NCBI GenBank assembly: GCA_012295275.1
Contig: CM022666.1
Coordinates: 8,618,001 to 8,682,000 of the forward strand
Direction of reading: 5' to 3'
Source: Chrysomallon squamiferum
Lineage: Eukaryota > Animalia > Mollusca
Length of the DNA: 64,000 bases
Positions 1 to 14,055 of this stretch are shown piece after piece (the first letter of the stretch is position 1; each line of letters begins with the position of its first letter). Below the pieces are notes generated by a model. That model was not told where the DNA came from. It saw nothing but the letters and a program-made list of their open reading frames with translations, and did no database searches. Made by a program: the position numbers and the translations under genes.

Positions 1-159
1 GTAGTTTAAAAAATGTTTTCTGTAGCAATATGAAACATACACATTAGTAAGTAAAACAATTCTCCAAAGAAAAGTGGCTGAATTTTCTTTCGCTTGTTAT
101 CACCACACACACACACACAAAATAAAATAAATTAAATTAAAAAATAAAATAAAATAAAT

Positions 160-200
160 AATAAATGTACAAATAATAAATAAATAAATAAATAAATTAA

Positions 201-263
<63 letters not shown>

Positions 264-427
264 ACAACTAAATAAATAGTTAAATAAGTAAATACAGTAA
301 CATTTATTTATTTATTTATTGTAATTGTTGTTGCTCTTATTATGTCGTTTATTACCACTGCTACCACTACTCAATAATAATATAAATAGTAGTAGTAATA
401 ATTATAATGATGATGATGATGATGATG

Positions 428-483
<56 letters not shown>

Positions 484-513
484 TAACTAACTAACTAACT
501 AACTTACTAACTA
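160..513. repeat. Compound microsatellite block (AAAT)n, (GAT)n, (AAT)n, (AACT)n
   Basis: Tandem units are directly visible in the sequence. Confidence 0.95.
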
Positions 514-586
514 GTCAGATAATCAAATAAATAAATAAATAAATAATCTCTGAAAACAAAACTGTAGCAAAACTCGAACTACTTTC

Positions 587-602
587 TGACCTCTCGAGGT
601 CA
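587..602. promoter_or_regulatory. Nuclear-receptor everted repeat ER4 (TGACCT-ctcg-AGGTCA)
   Basis: Two perfect AGGTCA half-sites sit in the unique island at about 545-930. Function is inferred only. Confidence 0.3.
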
Positions 603-1242
603 AACATCGCTGCTGAGTGTTTAAAACGGACACGTCTGCGTTGAAAAGACGTCACCCAGTAAATGTATTTTTCAACAACATCGCAAATACTTGGTAAACC
701 TCCACAATAAAAAATAGATAGAAAGTCTTGTAAAGCTTTTAACTTGGGCCACAATAGCTGAATGTAGACTCGTACAGAGCATTGTGAGGCAGAAGAATGC
801 GAGAACGGTTTCTCTTTAACAGAAGAAAACATGGCAACAAAAACGTCACAGAATGATTCTTGGCGCCATTACAAAGGTCAGATTAAAGCGATAAAAGAGC
901 CGCAAAGATGACAAGGCGATGGCAAAGTGTGTGCTTTTTTTTTCTTTCTTCTTTTAATTCTTATTCATTTTATAAAAGATAAAGAACTGAAGAACAATAA
1001 AAGAATTAATAAAGAACAGGAATTAAAAAAAAAAATGTATCCTACTATTAATAATAGCAACAACAACAATTATAATTAAAATAAAATAAAATAAAATAAA
1101 ATAAGATAAAATAAAATAAAATAATTTAAAATAAAATGAAATGAAATAAAATGAAATAAAATAAAAATAAAATGTAAAAAATAATAAATTATTTAATTAA
1201 CAGAACAGCGGCAGCAATATTAAAAAAAAGAACAGATCAACA

Positions 1243-1420
<178 letters not shown>

Positions 1421-2239
1421 TATACATTAATAAATAAATAAAAAAAAAAAAAATAAAAATGAAAATGAATTAAAAAATATAAATTAAATAAAATGAAACA
1501 AAATAATGAAAATAAAATACAATAAAATAAAATAAAATAAAATAAAAAATAAAATAAATTCATAATAAATAAAAAAGAGTTATTTATTTACTTAACTACT
1601 TACTATTTTACTTTCTTCTTATTTATTACTTTGTCAGCACACAAAAACACGCACACATTTTTCTTCATTTTTTTAATTTTTTCATTGTAATTATTATCAA
1701 TGTAATTTTTTTTTTTGTTGTCGATTTTATTATTTAAATCTATTTTATTTTCCTTTGATTTTTTGTATCACTTTTATAAATACTATTATACTAAGATATA
1801 TATATTGCACATTTGAAGAAGAGAGAAATAAAAAATAAAAATGACAATTGTAATTATTCCGTTTATGCCTTAGTTATCGTCTTTTTAAATATAATAATAA
1901 TAATAAATAAATAAATAAATTAATAAATAATAAATAAAAAGAGTGAGAGAGAAAACGTCACCAAAAAGATAATAAACCACAATAAACAGAATCACACACG
2001 CACACGCAAACAGAGAAAGACGCATACAAACACTTACAGAACAGAGACAGAAATAAACACACAGACACAAACTAAAAAAGCAGAGATAATTTATTGTACT
2101 TTAACGATCAAAGAGCTCCTGTGTTTTTCAACAAATCTTTCCGGATGCAGAGTAAAATAAAAAAAAAAATTAAAAATGCAAATCTCTCTCTTTTTTTTTC
2201 TCTTTTTTCCTTTTCTTTTTCTCTTCAATAACACAACGC

Positions 2240-2900
2240 ACTTCCCCTTTGATGACTGACATTATTTTTCATCATATTTAGCAATTTTACGGCTTTTCAA
2301 AGCGTAAATAACCAAACCTGATGAAAATCTCTTTAATATTGAAACAAACTTCCCCGCGACGGAGCTAAAGATGTCGACCATTAGACATTATTCTTTGGAA
2401 TAGTTTCAATAACTCATTTTCTACACAGGATTCTCTAGCGATTAAGCCTCAGGTTTTCAATGAGGTATTATTCCTAATTTCGCTTCAGCTCCCCCGAACG
2501 GCAGAGAATTTAAGAGCTTTTATTATGCGGCTGAAAATAGTGCATTGAAAGCGATCGCGATTTTCGGCAATGTTCGCGCGCCTCCGTTTCACCGCTCGTA
2601 GCATATTCTCGCTTCGTCGCGAAGTCTTTCAATGGATGGTTGTATTATTCATAATTTAGATCGGCTGAGAGAGCATATTGCTTTTGTCTAAACCACAGTG
2701 TAATACGCGAAGCCGCCAGGCACCATAATAAAAAAAAAAAAAAAAAAAAAAAAGTCAGAATAAGCGAGTAGCAAAACTTAAATCGATTCTGTTCGGATCA
2801 ATTCGTTTTCCAACCTGTCGTGACCTTCCGCCATAAGCTCGTGCTTGTTCGCGCCGTTTCAACAATTGTTTAATGCTTTTCTCACGATGCTGGTCTATCA
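2240..2900. promoter_or_regulatory. Complex, CpG-retaining island (putative enhancer/CNE)
   Basis: Non-repetitive sequence with many CpG at 2550-2625 and a TCF site CCTTTGATG at 2246-2254. No credible ORF. Confidence 0.35.
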
Positions 2901-3419
2901 CTGGATTTTTTTTTTTTCCTTTTTTTGTTTAAAAAAAAAAAAGAAAGAAAAAAGTATAATAAAAAAGACAATAAACATCTCAAGGTTTATTTATTTAATT
3001 TTTACATTTTTTTTTTTTTTTTTTTATTATTTTTTGATCAGTCGGCATAAACAATAGCAGTTTTATGAAGAAACAAAGATTTTTTTTATTTTTATTTATT
3101 TAACTATTAAAATTATTTCATTAATTTTTTTTTTTATTCTTTTCTTTTCATTCCTGTTCTGCTCTGTTCTGTTCTTTATTTCTTTCTTCCATTCTTTCTT
3201 TCTTTGTTACACATCTCTCTATCATATTATATTATTTATATTATTCTTACTACACCAGCCACACAAAAAAAAGCAAAAAGCAAAGTATAATAAATATAAA
3301 AAAAAAAGAACAACAACAACAACTAAATAATAATAATGTAAGTAGCAGGGCCACTAGTAATGGTAGTTGTAATATTAGTAGTAGTTGTATTAGTAGTAAT
3401 AGTAGTAGTAGTAGTAGTA

Positions 3420-3472
<53 letters not shown>

Positions 3473-3516
3473 GATAAACAAAGCAACAAGCCCCCAAAAA
3501 GAAACAAAGAAACAAA

Positions 3517-3547
<31 letters not shown>

Positions 3548-3624
3548 AACTAAACAAAAGAAAATGAAAATTTTATAAATTAAAAAAGACAACAAAAAAA
3601 ATAATAATAATAATAATAATAAAA

Positions 3625-3657
<33 letters not shown>

Positions 3658-5445
3658 AATAAAAATCCCAAAACTGAAACAAAAAATCAACAATTAATTA
3701 ATTACAAATAATATTTACCTCTTAGTTGAAATTCCAAAATCATTACTACAACTAATAACCACTGATTAATATAATTACAAAATCCAGTAATAACTTATTA
3801 GTAAGACGCAAAAATTAATCTGCTTCTATCAAAAACCATCCTTCTTTTCAGTGCACATAAGCATCTTACAACCAATTTCCTTTTCGTTCACAACCAACCA
3901 CATTTTAGGCTCAAGCGTTGTTGTTTTTTCGTTATTATTATTAATATTATTATTATTATTATTACTACTACTACTACTTTTTTTTTTTTTTTTTTTTTTT
4001 TTAGATGGACAGGAAATAAACAATTCCATTGGTCAATCACTAAAGCTCCAAGGCTGCTAAGCCTGTTGTAATCTAGAAGAAAAAAAAAAGAACAGATTAA
4101 ATTTTTTTTTTTTTTTTTTTTTTTAAAGAGCGCAAAAGAGGTTTATTTAAGAAAATTTTGTCGAAGCTTATAAATCAATGACTTGATGGCTACAAAGCAG
4201 ATTTTTCTCAAATCTGATTGACTTTTGATAATAAGGAATTGCTAGTAATACAAATCTCGTTTTAAAACTGTGATGATTTTAATGTCTGGAAAAACACATC
4301 TGTCGTAATTTTCAGTTATCCGAGTTTTACACTTCTGTTTTCATTCTGAAATTAACAGCGCCGCGATTATTTCAATCAAAATGATGATAAAGAGAAGGAT
4401 GATAACGATAGTGATGAAGAAGATGATGATAATATCATGTCGCTGAAACTTCTGTTATTCCTGTCATTTAACTACTTTTAATGATGATTATGATGATGGT
4501 AATAAATACATTATCATCACCAGCAAAAAAGCAACCATGATAGCGGAAACAAAAACAAAAAACCCAAAAACAAAACATCAACATCAGCAACAATAATAAT
4601 AATAACGACAATAATGATGATGATGATGATGATGATAACAATGATACCAAGAAAAATAACAACAACAGCAGCAGCAGCAACAAAAACAACAACGGCAACA
4701 ACAACGACAACAATAAAATTATTATTAATAATGATAATTTCTATTATATATATATTTTAAAAACCGATCATCTCAAGATTTTATCAGACATTATTTCCAT
4801 TATGGACACAGTTGTTGAACCAAAAAATCATCGATTTCAAAAAGAAATATATCTCTTAGCGACACGTCACGTGATCACGACTGTCGATTTCGTGTGTATT
4901 AAAATTATCACCTAAGGGTCGGTCAAACAAAGTTTTCGAAACACGATATTTACTTTTTGTAATCAAATATTTGCGCTTTTCAATAGAAAACACTTTTCGG
5001 ATAAAAAGAATGAACGATTAAAAATGGTTTTCCATTATTTCGAGGAAAACGGAACGTTTCTTTAAACCTTTGAATATATCTTTTGAAGGTGACCGCGAAC
5101 TGTACAACAAAACCTTAACGGATATAGGAATCCTTTCAGTGAGGACACAGTTTTTAATAATAATCAGGGTGGAGCCAGAGGGTGGATGTTTATGAAGTGG
5201 GTAGGGGTGTTGATGCCCATTTTGTTTATCATATCCGAATTTTTTAATATTTCTAAAACCTAAATCCATGTTTCACTTTTTACACTTTTTATATTGGTTA
5301 TATAAGCATATTATGTGTATTTTGTAAGACAAAACACCCCAAACACACTGTTGTTATATAAAACAATTTAGTTTATTATTATAATTTTTTTTTTTTTTTT
5401 AGATTTCTTACAAAATTCGCTGAAGTGTTATGAAAAATATTTATT

Positions 5446-5447
<2 letters not shown>

Positions 5448-5512
<65 letters not shown>
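5448..5512. repeat. (CT)n microsatellite
   Basis: Pure dinucleotide tract. Confidence 0.97.
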
Positions 5513-5515
<3 letters not shown>

Positions 5516-5716
5516 ATACTTGCTCTCTCAACTAAATTTTACTGGATCAGTCCGTGCCTGTTTTTTTTACCTTTTTATTTTTAAATATATTTTTTAAAAT
5601 ACTAAATAAAACAATAGAAATTCTCCAGATTTTATAATTTAAACTTGTTTTTTACCAACATGTGAAGATACTGGAGATACAATTACACTATATATCGTGT
5701 TGTGAATATTCCCGAC

Positions 5717-5750
<34 letters not shown>

Positions 5751-6134
5751 CTCGCCAATTTTATCGTCAAGATCTAGCAAATATTTCAGCAGAGCCGAAA
5801 ACAAATAAAGATTTAAATTGTTTTTCTGTTTTTCCTCTGCCGGTGACCTTGGGGTGAAGAGAGGGATACGGGTGGGTGAGGCTTGTATTTCAGCAGATGA
5901 GGTAAGACAGGGAGGGTGTTTGTTAAGAAAACTCAAAGATGCGTGTGGCAAAGCTTTGATGGGTTTGTTGCAGTCGTTAGATAAACACACGACGCATTCA
6001 GAAAGGCAAAAGTTGTGTTGAGGTAATTCGATGCAGGACTGAGAAATGAAATTATTCGTTTTATTCGTACACACAGATGCGTGCATATCCATAAGTGTGC
6101 TTAACCGCAGAGAAATACCGAGATACATTCAAGT

Positions 6135-6136
<2 letters not shown>

Positions 6137-6198
<62 letters not shown>

Positions 6199-6240
6199 TA
6201 TATATATATATATATATATTTATGTGTGTGTGTGTGTGTA
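6137..6240. repeat. (AC)n-(TA)n-(TG)n compound microsatellite
   Basis: Directly visible in the sequence. Confidence 0.95.
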
Positions 6241-6404
6241 CATAGATAGATTAATAAATAGATTTATCTAAATATTCACAGACAAATATATACACACATG
6301 CATACACACATGCATACAAATATTAACATACATGCGCACATACATACTACATACAAACTCACATATTAAATACATACATACACTGACAAAGAGATATAGG
6401 CCAT

Positions 6405-6443
<39 letters not shown>

Positions 6444-6579
6444 AGAATTTCAGAACAAAAGAATAAGTAAACAAACAGAAGAACAATTTCAAAAAGTTTT
6501 TCACTTACAAGAATAAATTAGCAAATAAAATAAAATAAAATAAATAAATGAATAGACGAAAGATCTAAAACAAAAAACG

Positions 6580-6935
6580 CTATTTTGAACTTCCGTTTCC
6601 GGTTTGAAGGTGGGCTTATTACGTCATCACTTCACGAGTTATTTTGTGTGAACAGTGCTATAAGATTGGCACGATCCTTAACAGCTTCGCAATAATGAGG
6701 GGACTGTATTAGGCAGGGGTCAACATTTGTCTTTATTTGTACAGGTGTTGAAAGCTTTAGGTAGGCCTCCCAACTATTTGAAGTCATTTCAGACAATTTA
6801 GATTGTAATGTTAAATGTGGTTGGTCTAAAATAAACAGAAACAGAATGACGCGAAAGGAAAGTAAAGTCGTTTCGTCGATATATCAAAATGTCGACTTGT
6901 TAATAATGATTACGTCAGAAATTACGTCATAAGAA
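6580..6935. promoter_or_regulatory. ETS + CRE/ATF-like motif island
   Basis: ACTTCCG (6589), TTCCGG (6597) and TTACGTCA three times (6619, 6910, 6922). Confidence 0.3.
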
Positions 6936-7004
6936 TATTCTACATTCCACTCGGAATTTTTATTGTTTTGGGGGAATTTTTAGATAATTAAGGTAAATTG
7001 TGAA

Positions 7005-7120
<116 letters not shown>

Positions 7121-7270
7121 CAATGGAGATGTTTTAATCTCTCCCCTATCTGATCGACTTATTCAGAAACTAATTAGCTGTTTATTTAATCACTGGATAA
7201 AAAAAAAAAAAAAAATTAAAACCAAATGCATTGAAAAAACACAAAAAAGAGCTAATAACCAACAGAAAAG

Positions 7271-7384
7271 AAACGAAGTGAAACGGAACCAACCGACATG
7301 TAACGAACCGATCCGAAACGTAACGATATGATCCGGAACATAAAGAAACGAATCGAACCGAACCGAACCAAAACGAAGTCGGAC
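7271..7384. repeat. Degenerate pentanucleotide repeat (AACCG/AAACG/ATCCG)n
   Basis: 5-bp periodicity, e.g. aacgaatcgaaccgaaccgaacc. Confidence 0.8.
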
Positions 7385-7560
7385 AGAAAATCAAACAAAA
7401 CTCTTACAAAATAATTCAAAGCAATGAACAAAATAAAATCAACAGATGAATTTAATGAATAGATTCACAAACAAAAATAAATTTCCATGACACTGCGTTG
7501 CCTGAAAACGACAGAAGACTGCTAATATACCAGCCATCGTTTTCTGTTTAACATTAGTTT

Positions 7561-7740
<180 letters not shown>

Positions 7741-8289
7741 ACTTAGTTACAAGCAATAATTAAGTAAGTAAGCAGAGGATGTTTGGGTGGTTAAACAGAT
7801 GCAGCAGAAAATGAATGTACGTTTAAACGAAAGAATGGCTGGATAAACAGACAGACTGGCAGAGAGACAGACAGATAGAAAGAGAAAGAACGATTCATAT
7901 ACAGATGCATATAAACAGCAACAGATAGAGATAGAACAAAAATAAAAAATAAAAAATAGATAGATGAATGCTAGAATGAATGAACACTGAAACTGATTAC
8001 GAATTAATTCATGGTTAAACAGAATTAACAGAAAACAACAAAATGTCACACACACAAACACAATTCTGTTTTCATTTCGTTTATTGTATTCTTTAAACTC
8101 TTTATTAACTAATTCCAGTCACGGTATAATTGTTGCTTCCCCTTGTTTTTTTCATCTTCATCATCACTTAACTTTTGCCTCGCACCCTGTATAAGTGATA
8201 TATCAAAAGTTAACCACATCGACTGAAGGAAAATAAAAACAGAAGTAATTTCTTGAACACAGCATTGTTTCTTTCACATATCACTGTGG

Positions 8290-8805
8290 GATTATAATCT
8301 AGAGCGACACCTGTGTTCCTATCTCGTTACCCACAAGTCCATTGTCTTTTCGCCTTCTTTTTCAAAAGAGCACTTCCGTGAAGAAAACAATTCGACTGCT
8401 TTCCTGACAACTGGTCTTATTTACGACATTCCTGAGAGCCGCATTCAGTAGGCCGTCGTTGTTTTACTGGGATACACTGGCCGATAAAACATGCTGAAAC
8501 GACGACAGCTATCACGTCTGCACCGGGGATAAAAGGTCAAACGGGTGGAGTCGAAGATACGGCTGTAAAACGTACGCGAGTGTGAGACGCCATTGTTGCA
8601 GATGCACGGCGAACGGCGAGCGACAAATGTGTGTGAGTGTGTGACTCTGATAAAGCCGCTTGGCCGACTTAAACAAAAGACTTGTTTGTTTTGTTGTGTG
8701 ACGTGTCTGTCGTTTTAGCCAGTAATTATAGTGTGCTGTGGGTACGTGTTTGTTTTTACCTGCAATTAGTGGTGTATCGGTATCATTTTTACCTGTAATT
8801 AGATA
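8290..8805. promoter_or_regulatory. CpG-rich complex island (putative enhancer/CNE)
   Basis: High complexity and many CpG, TTTACGAC (posterior-Hox/Cdx-type) near 8420, AAAGGTCA, and a duplicated TTTTTACCTGYAATTAG (8753, 8786). Confidence 0.35.
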
Positions 8806-9095
8806 TCATCCCCCCACCACCAAAAAAGAAAAGAAATAAAAAATCGAATATCATTTAATTCCTACTCCAGGATTAGTGAGTGATCGATAACTGATTATCA
8901 TTTAGAACTGATCTGAGTTTCTTTTACAAAATCAAACGATGCATAAGTAAATGAATAAATAAAATGAATATACAGATAGGTTTGAAAACGAATGGATTGA
9001 TGAAAGAATGAATAAAATGATAGGAGAATAAATAAATGGATGGGATTAAGAAATGAATATAAAAAATCGACAAATATGTAACAAAAACCATTGTC

Positions 9096-9149
<54 letters not shown>

Positions 9150-9230
9150 CATCATCATCATCATCATCATCGTCATAATAATAATTTTTCTTTTGTTATA
9201 GTAGTACTATCAATAGATATTGTAGTAGTG

Positions 9231-9287
<57 letters not shown>

Positions 9288-9594
9288 ATAACAACACTGC
9301 AGTATCTAATTAAAGAAATATAATAAATACTAACAGTAATGAATTATCATCCATTCTGTGAAATAACAAAAAAATACAAATAAAATAAAATACCACATTA
9401 AAGACAAAGCCAAGAAAAAAGGGGAAAAAAAATAAAAAAGAGAAAAGAAAGACATCCAGAAACATTGCATTGTCAAAAGTAAAAAAAACATGAAAGCTAC
9501 ACTTGCTGTGTTTGACTGTGTTTAGTTCCCAGAGTTCCGCGCTAAACACACTGTGTGTTTGAGGTGTATTACGTGCAGTAGCTTCATTCGTTAT

Positions 9595-9607
9595 TGACCT
9601 TTGACCC
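9595..9607. promoter_or_regulatory. DR1 nuclear-receptor element TGACCT-T-TGACCC (COUP-TF/RXR/HNF4 type)
   Basis: Exact match to the established DR1 consensus. Confidence 0.4.
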
Positions 9608-10845
9608 TTTGTCATTTACTTGAGACATTTTAAACATAAGTGTTACTTAGTACAGTAAGTATGTAAGTAAAGGAGTAAATATGGAGAATGGATAAATAAA
9701 TATGTTTTGTATTAGTATGTTTGTTGTGTGTGTGAATATGTGTGTGTATGTGTGTGTGTGTGTGTATGTATGCGAGTGTGTTTGTGTGTGTATGTATGTG
9801 AGTGTGTTTGTGTTTATGTATGTGTATATATATATGTATATATATGTATGTATGTATGAATGTATGTATATATGTATGTATGTATATGAATACGTACTTT
9901 TATAGACATATCTATAGAAACGAACACGAAGAAGAAATAATTAAGTATGTACGTGCATATACGCACGAACTCACAAATACAAAATACAACAGTTCTACGC
10001 AGATGTTATTTCAAATTAGTATTTTAAAAATAAAAAAAAATATTTATAAAAGAAAATAATCGACTGCAGGATAGTGACTAAGCATTGTTTATTTACTTTC
10101 GGCAACTCTACTAGCTACCCGTTTTTAATATGCAACCCAAATAGGAAAATCAAACAAACAAAGTCTTCAGGCAACATTAGCCGCACATTCGTACACACAC
10201 CCGTTAATAAAATGTAAACACGGCCGTGTCACAGGGCCACTTGAGTAAATGAAATGCGGACTGTGCGGTTCCGCGTCGCAGCACAGATGAAATTATGAGA
10301 ACAGAGCGAGCTCGCTCCTTTGATAAAAATCTTTCAAAGTGTTGTTTCTAATAATTTTGACAACGTCAAATAAAAATATTGGACGCGTCTATGCAGGTGA
10401 TGAGGTCACGACCCCGAAGAGGGGTAAAGGCCAAAGGAAACGGGCTTATTGCCCTGTGGTAATAATAATCTTTGTGTGTGTGAGAGACGTTGCTGAATAG
10501 ACATGGTTGATGTCGTATGTGTGTATTTGTTTCATACTGCAGCGTAATATAATATATTGTGAACATTTGTCATATTAAAAGATTTCATACAGTGGCGTAT
10601 GATGTATGTGTGTGTATGTGTGTGAGTATGTGTCTGTACACATATATAATATCTGTATAGTAATATCTATATAGTAAGATTATTACTATTCGAGTCATGG
10701 ATTAGTGTATCTCTGTGTGTGACGTTTCTGCAAGTTTAAATTGTTCTAAGACTGGAGTGAAGCAGTTGTTGTAAAACGTCTTAATTTAGATATATACATA
10801 TATGTGTGTGTGTGTATATGTGTTCCTGGATGCGTGTGATTATAC

Positions 10846-10890
10846 GTATGTATGTATGTATGTATGTATGTATGTATGTATGTATGTATG

Positions 10891-10920
<30 letters not shown>
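10846..10920. repeat. (TATG)n microsatellite
   Basis: Pure tetranucleotide tract. Confidence 0.95.
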
Positions 10921-10921
<1 letters not shown>

Positions 10922-11365
10922 GTATGTACGTATACCATACTCGTACACATACAAACACATAAGAAAAAAGTGTATTCATTTCACACACAAACAGTTAGAC
11001 TCAGGCATTTTACATACAAAACTTACACAGATACCGATTACTACTGACTGAAATAAAATCCAAAATAAATATTATTAAATATATAGAATGGAGTTACCTC
11101 CCTTGATCAGCCTGTTTTGATTCCGCCCCTACAAATCCAGTAATAATATATATAATAATAATACATGTACATTCCGCAAGATTACACCTGACAGTTACAA
11201 TGTTTTCTTTTAAAGTATGTAAATTAATTATGATGTACGTCACCAAAAGCATTATGACTTAATGAACTTATCATTTGCACAAACGTAGATAGATGTATTT
11301 ATATTTATTGCTGCTGCTGCTGCTACTACTACTACTAGTACTGCTTGTACTACTACTGCTACATC

Positions 11366-11417
<52 letters not shown>

Positions 11418-11934
11418 GTCTCTGTTAGTCTTCTTCATCTTATTATTCTTTCTTTATTTATTGTGAATTATTTATTTCGTTATTAATGTATACACGTATT
11501 TGTTGTACGATTTGTATGTGTGTATGCGTGTGTGCGCGCGCGTGTGTGTGTGTGTGCGTGTGCGTGCATGTGTGTGTGTGTGAGTGCTTATCTTAAGTCA
11601 TGTACTTAACCACTTTTCTTGTTCTTTCACTGACCAGATCGAAGACTGTATCAGCAGAGAGAGCGTGTTTCGCTTATTACAATATTGACTTTGAAACTGT
11701 TACTAATGGAATATCCTGGCTGGGAAAGTGACTGATATTTGTCTGCTGGTCAAACCCGTCCTTGTGGCGAAACCGTGGACTTACTTAATAAGTGTCATGT
11801 TTGTCCACGCGCAACAATCAGACCGGACATTGATGACCACTCATTCGTGGTCAGTGGAAAAAGAAATTGGCTGCAGTTTCAGATTTGTGACAATGTTGAA
11901 AGAATAAAGAGAGAGTGGCGAGGGAAATTTTGCA

Positions 11935-11979
11935 TTTATTTATTTATTTATTTACTTATTTATTTATTTATTTATTTGT

Positions 11980-12042
<63 letters not shown>

Positions 12043-12180
12043 TTCATTCATTTATTTATTTATATTTTTATTTGTTTATTTATTTATTTTCTTTCTTTCT
12101 TTGTTTATATTTATTTATTTATTTATTTTGCTTTTTTGAATATATATTTATATTTAATTATTTATTCATTTATTTATTTA
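11935..12180. repeat. (TTTA)n microsatellite, partly degenerate
   Basis: Produces the IYLF-repeat ORFs. Confidence 0.95.
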
Positions 12181-12749
12181 TTTTGTTTATTTCCTAGTTA
12201 GTTTGCGTCTTATTATTATTATTTTTTTATTTCTTGGTAAATGTTTTTGTTTGTTTGCTTTTATGTAAACCGGTACAGCTGTTCATCCATTACGTTTCTT
12301 ATATTTATACGGTTCGTTAATCTGTCTCAGTGTCATTCTGTTCACATATAATCTGCTTAGTCTACACATATATTTTACTTTGCTTCGTTTTTATTTCGTT
12401 TTCATTATTTATTTATTTACTTATTTATTTAATCTATTTATTAACAAATTTATTTATTTATTTATTAATTAATTTATTTATTTATTTGTTTGTTTGTTTG
12501 TTTATTCATTTATTTTAATTAATTAAGTCATTTGGTTTCTTTCTTATTTAAATAAATATTGATGCTTATTTCTTTGAGATTTCTTTGAGATAGTGTTTCA
12601 ATACATCGGACGTTATTAATGATGTCGTTGTAGTCGTAGAAGTAATAGTAATATAAAATGATTTTCCAAACTTTTACTTTCTTTCCTTTTCATTTTGTTT
12701 TGCTTTACTTTTAAATTTCCATTTCTCATTTCTATTGTTAAATTTAAAT

Positions 12750-13620
12750 CTACCTTGACAAAAACTGGGTTAAACCGAAGTGTCAAAACTTTAAATTAGA
12801 AATTTTCACAAACAGTGTAATAACTCAAATGTAACAACAGTGTCTGCGACCGGATTAACGTGTACATTTATCATAAAGACATTTAAAACCTCTTAGCGTA
12901 AGTAAACGGTTATAGCAAATCAATTAAAATGATTCTTGCATTGATCCGCTTTGCCGCGGCAAGATGTGACCAAGACATTGACGAACCCATTTGCCGGTGA
13001 CACCAAATTTATTTATCAACTCGGGAAGCATGGGCCATGGAAACTCCATTGAAATAAAACCTATAGCCATTTATATTGTCTCTATTTCAATACGGCGCTT
13101 TTCAAATTGGGCCGTTTAATTGTAATCGCATAAAGGCGCGAGGGATTTGCCGCGAAGCGCGCGCGCACGTGCTTATTTAACTGTATGTTAATGGCCCGAA
13201 TTAAGGTTATACAGGTAGTTTGGAGGTGACAGTTTCGACTCATATTTTACGGCATTAGCATAGCACATTTGTGAATTAAAAGAATTTAATCCGTCGACTA
13301 CGTGAGAAATATTTGCATAACAAAAACGGCTTCGGTGAATGCCTTGATTATATGCCTTGTTGCTCGCCTCTGTTGTGCTTGTTTCATATTCTGAGTGTTT
13401 GTCACAAATAAAAAGGACCCGTTCACGCCCAGCGCCGCTGAAAATATGTTTCAGAATCGCTCTGTTAATAAACAACTGTAGCGTTTAATTAAATATACCT
13501 ATCTGATGAAATAAAAACGCGAGTTCCCTTTCACCACACGCGGTTCCATTCCGGTGAATAGATATTTATTCTTTGTATAATGCCATCATCTGTTTTGCCT
13601 GAGTTATGACTGTTTCAAAT
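12750..13620. promoter_or_regulatory. Large complex island (putative CNE cluster)
   Basis: Palindrome TTGCCGCGGCAA at 12951-12962, a CG run with CACGTG at about 13150-13172, and an ATTTGCAT octamer near 13311. Confidence 0.35.
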
Positions 13621-13799
13621 CCGTTAACAATATGTCTAGTTTTCAGTTTCATACAGGTTTTTTTTTTTTTTTTTTTTTTTCATATTCATAGAGACCAGTC
13701 TTCAGTTACCGTGTTTTATTTTTCAATTAATTCCAATGTTGAATCAGTTTAGTTACGCTAAATCTGTCCCGCTGTTAACTGTAGCACATTTTACTCGTC

Positions 13800-13930
13800 T
13801 TCTTGTTCTTTTTTCTTTCTCTCCATCTCTTTCTTCCTTCTTTCGTTCGTTTTCTTTCTTCATTATCTTCCATCCTTCTTTCTTTATTTCGTTCGTTCGA
13901 TTTTTTCTTTCCTTCTTTCGTTCGTTCGTT

Positions 13931-13962
<32 letters not shown>

Positions 13963-14055
13963 TCCTGATTTCGTTTATTCGTTTTCTTTCTTTCCTTCTT
14001 TTGTTCGTTCATTTTCGTTCTTTCTTTATTATTTCTTTCATTCCTTCTTTCTTCT
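13800..14055. repeat. Degenerate polypyrimidine (TTTC/TTCG)n tract
   Basis: Directly visible in the sequence. Confidence 0.9.

Noticed and set aside
8448-8492. Resemblance to the M13/lacZ primer site (ggccgtcgtt...ttttac; cactggccg)
   Set aside because: The match is fragmentary and interrupted with no other vector sequence, so it is coincidental.
12958-13345. Partial matches to miR-31 (GGCAAGATGT) and the miR-124 3' end (CGGTGAATGCC)
   Set aside because: The matches are only 10-11 nt, the rest of each mature sequence diverges, and no precursor hairpin is evident.
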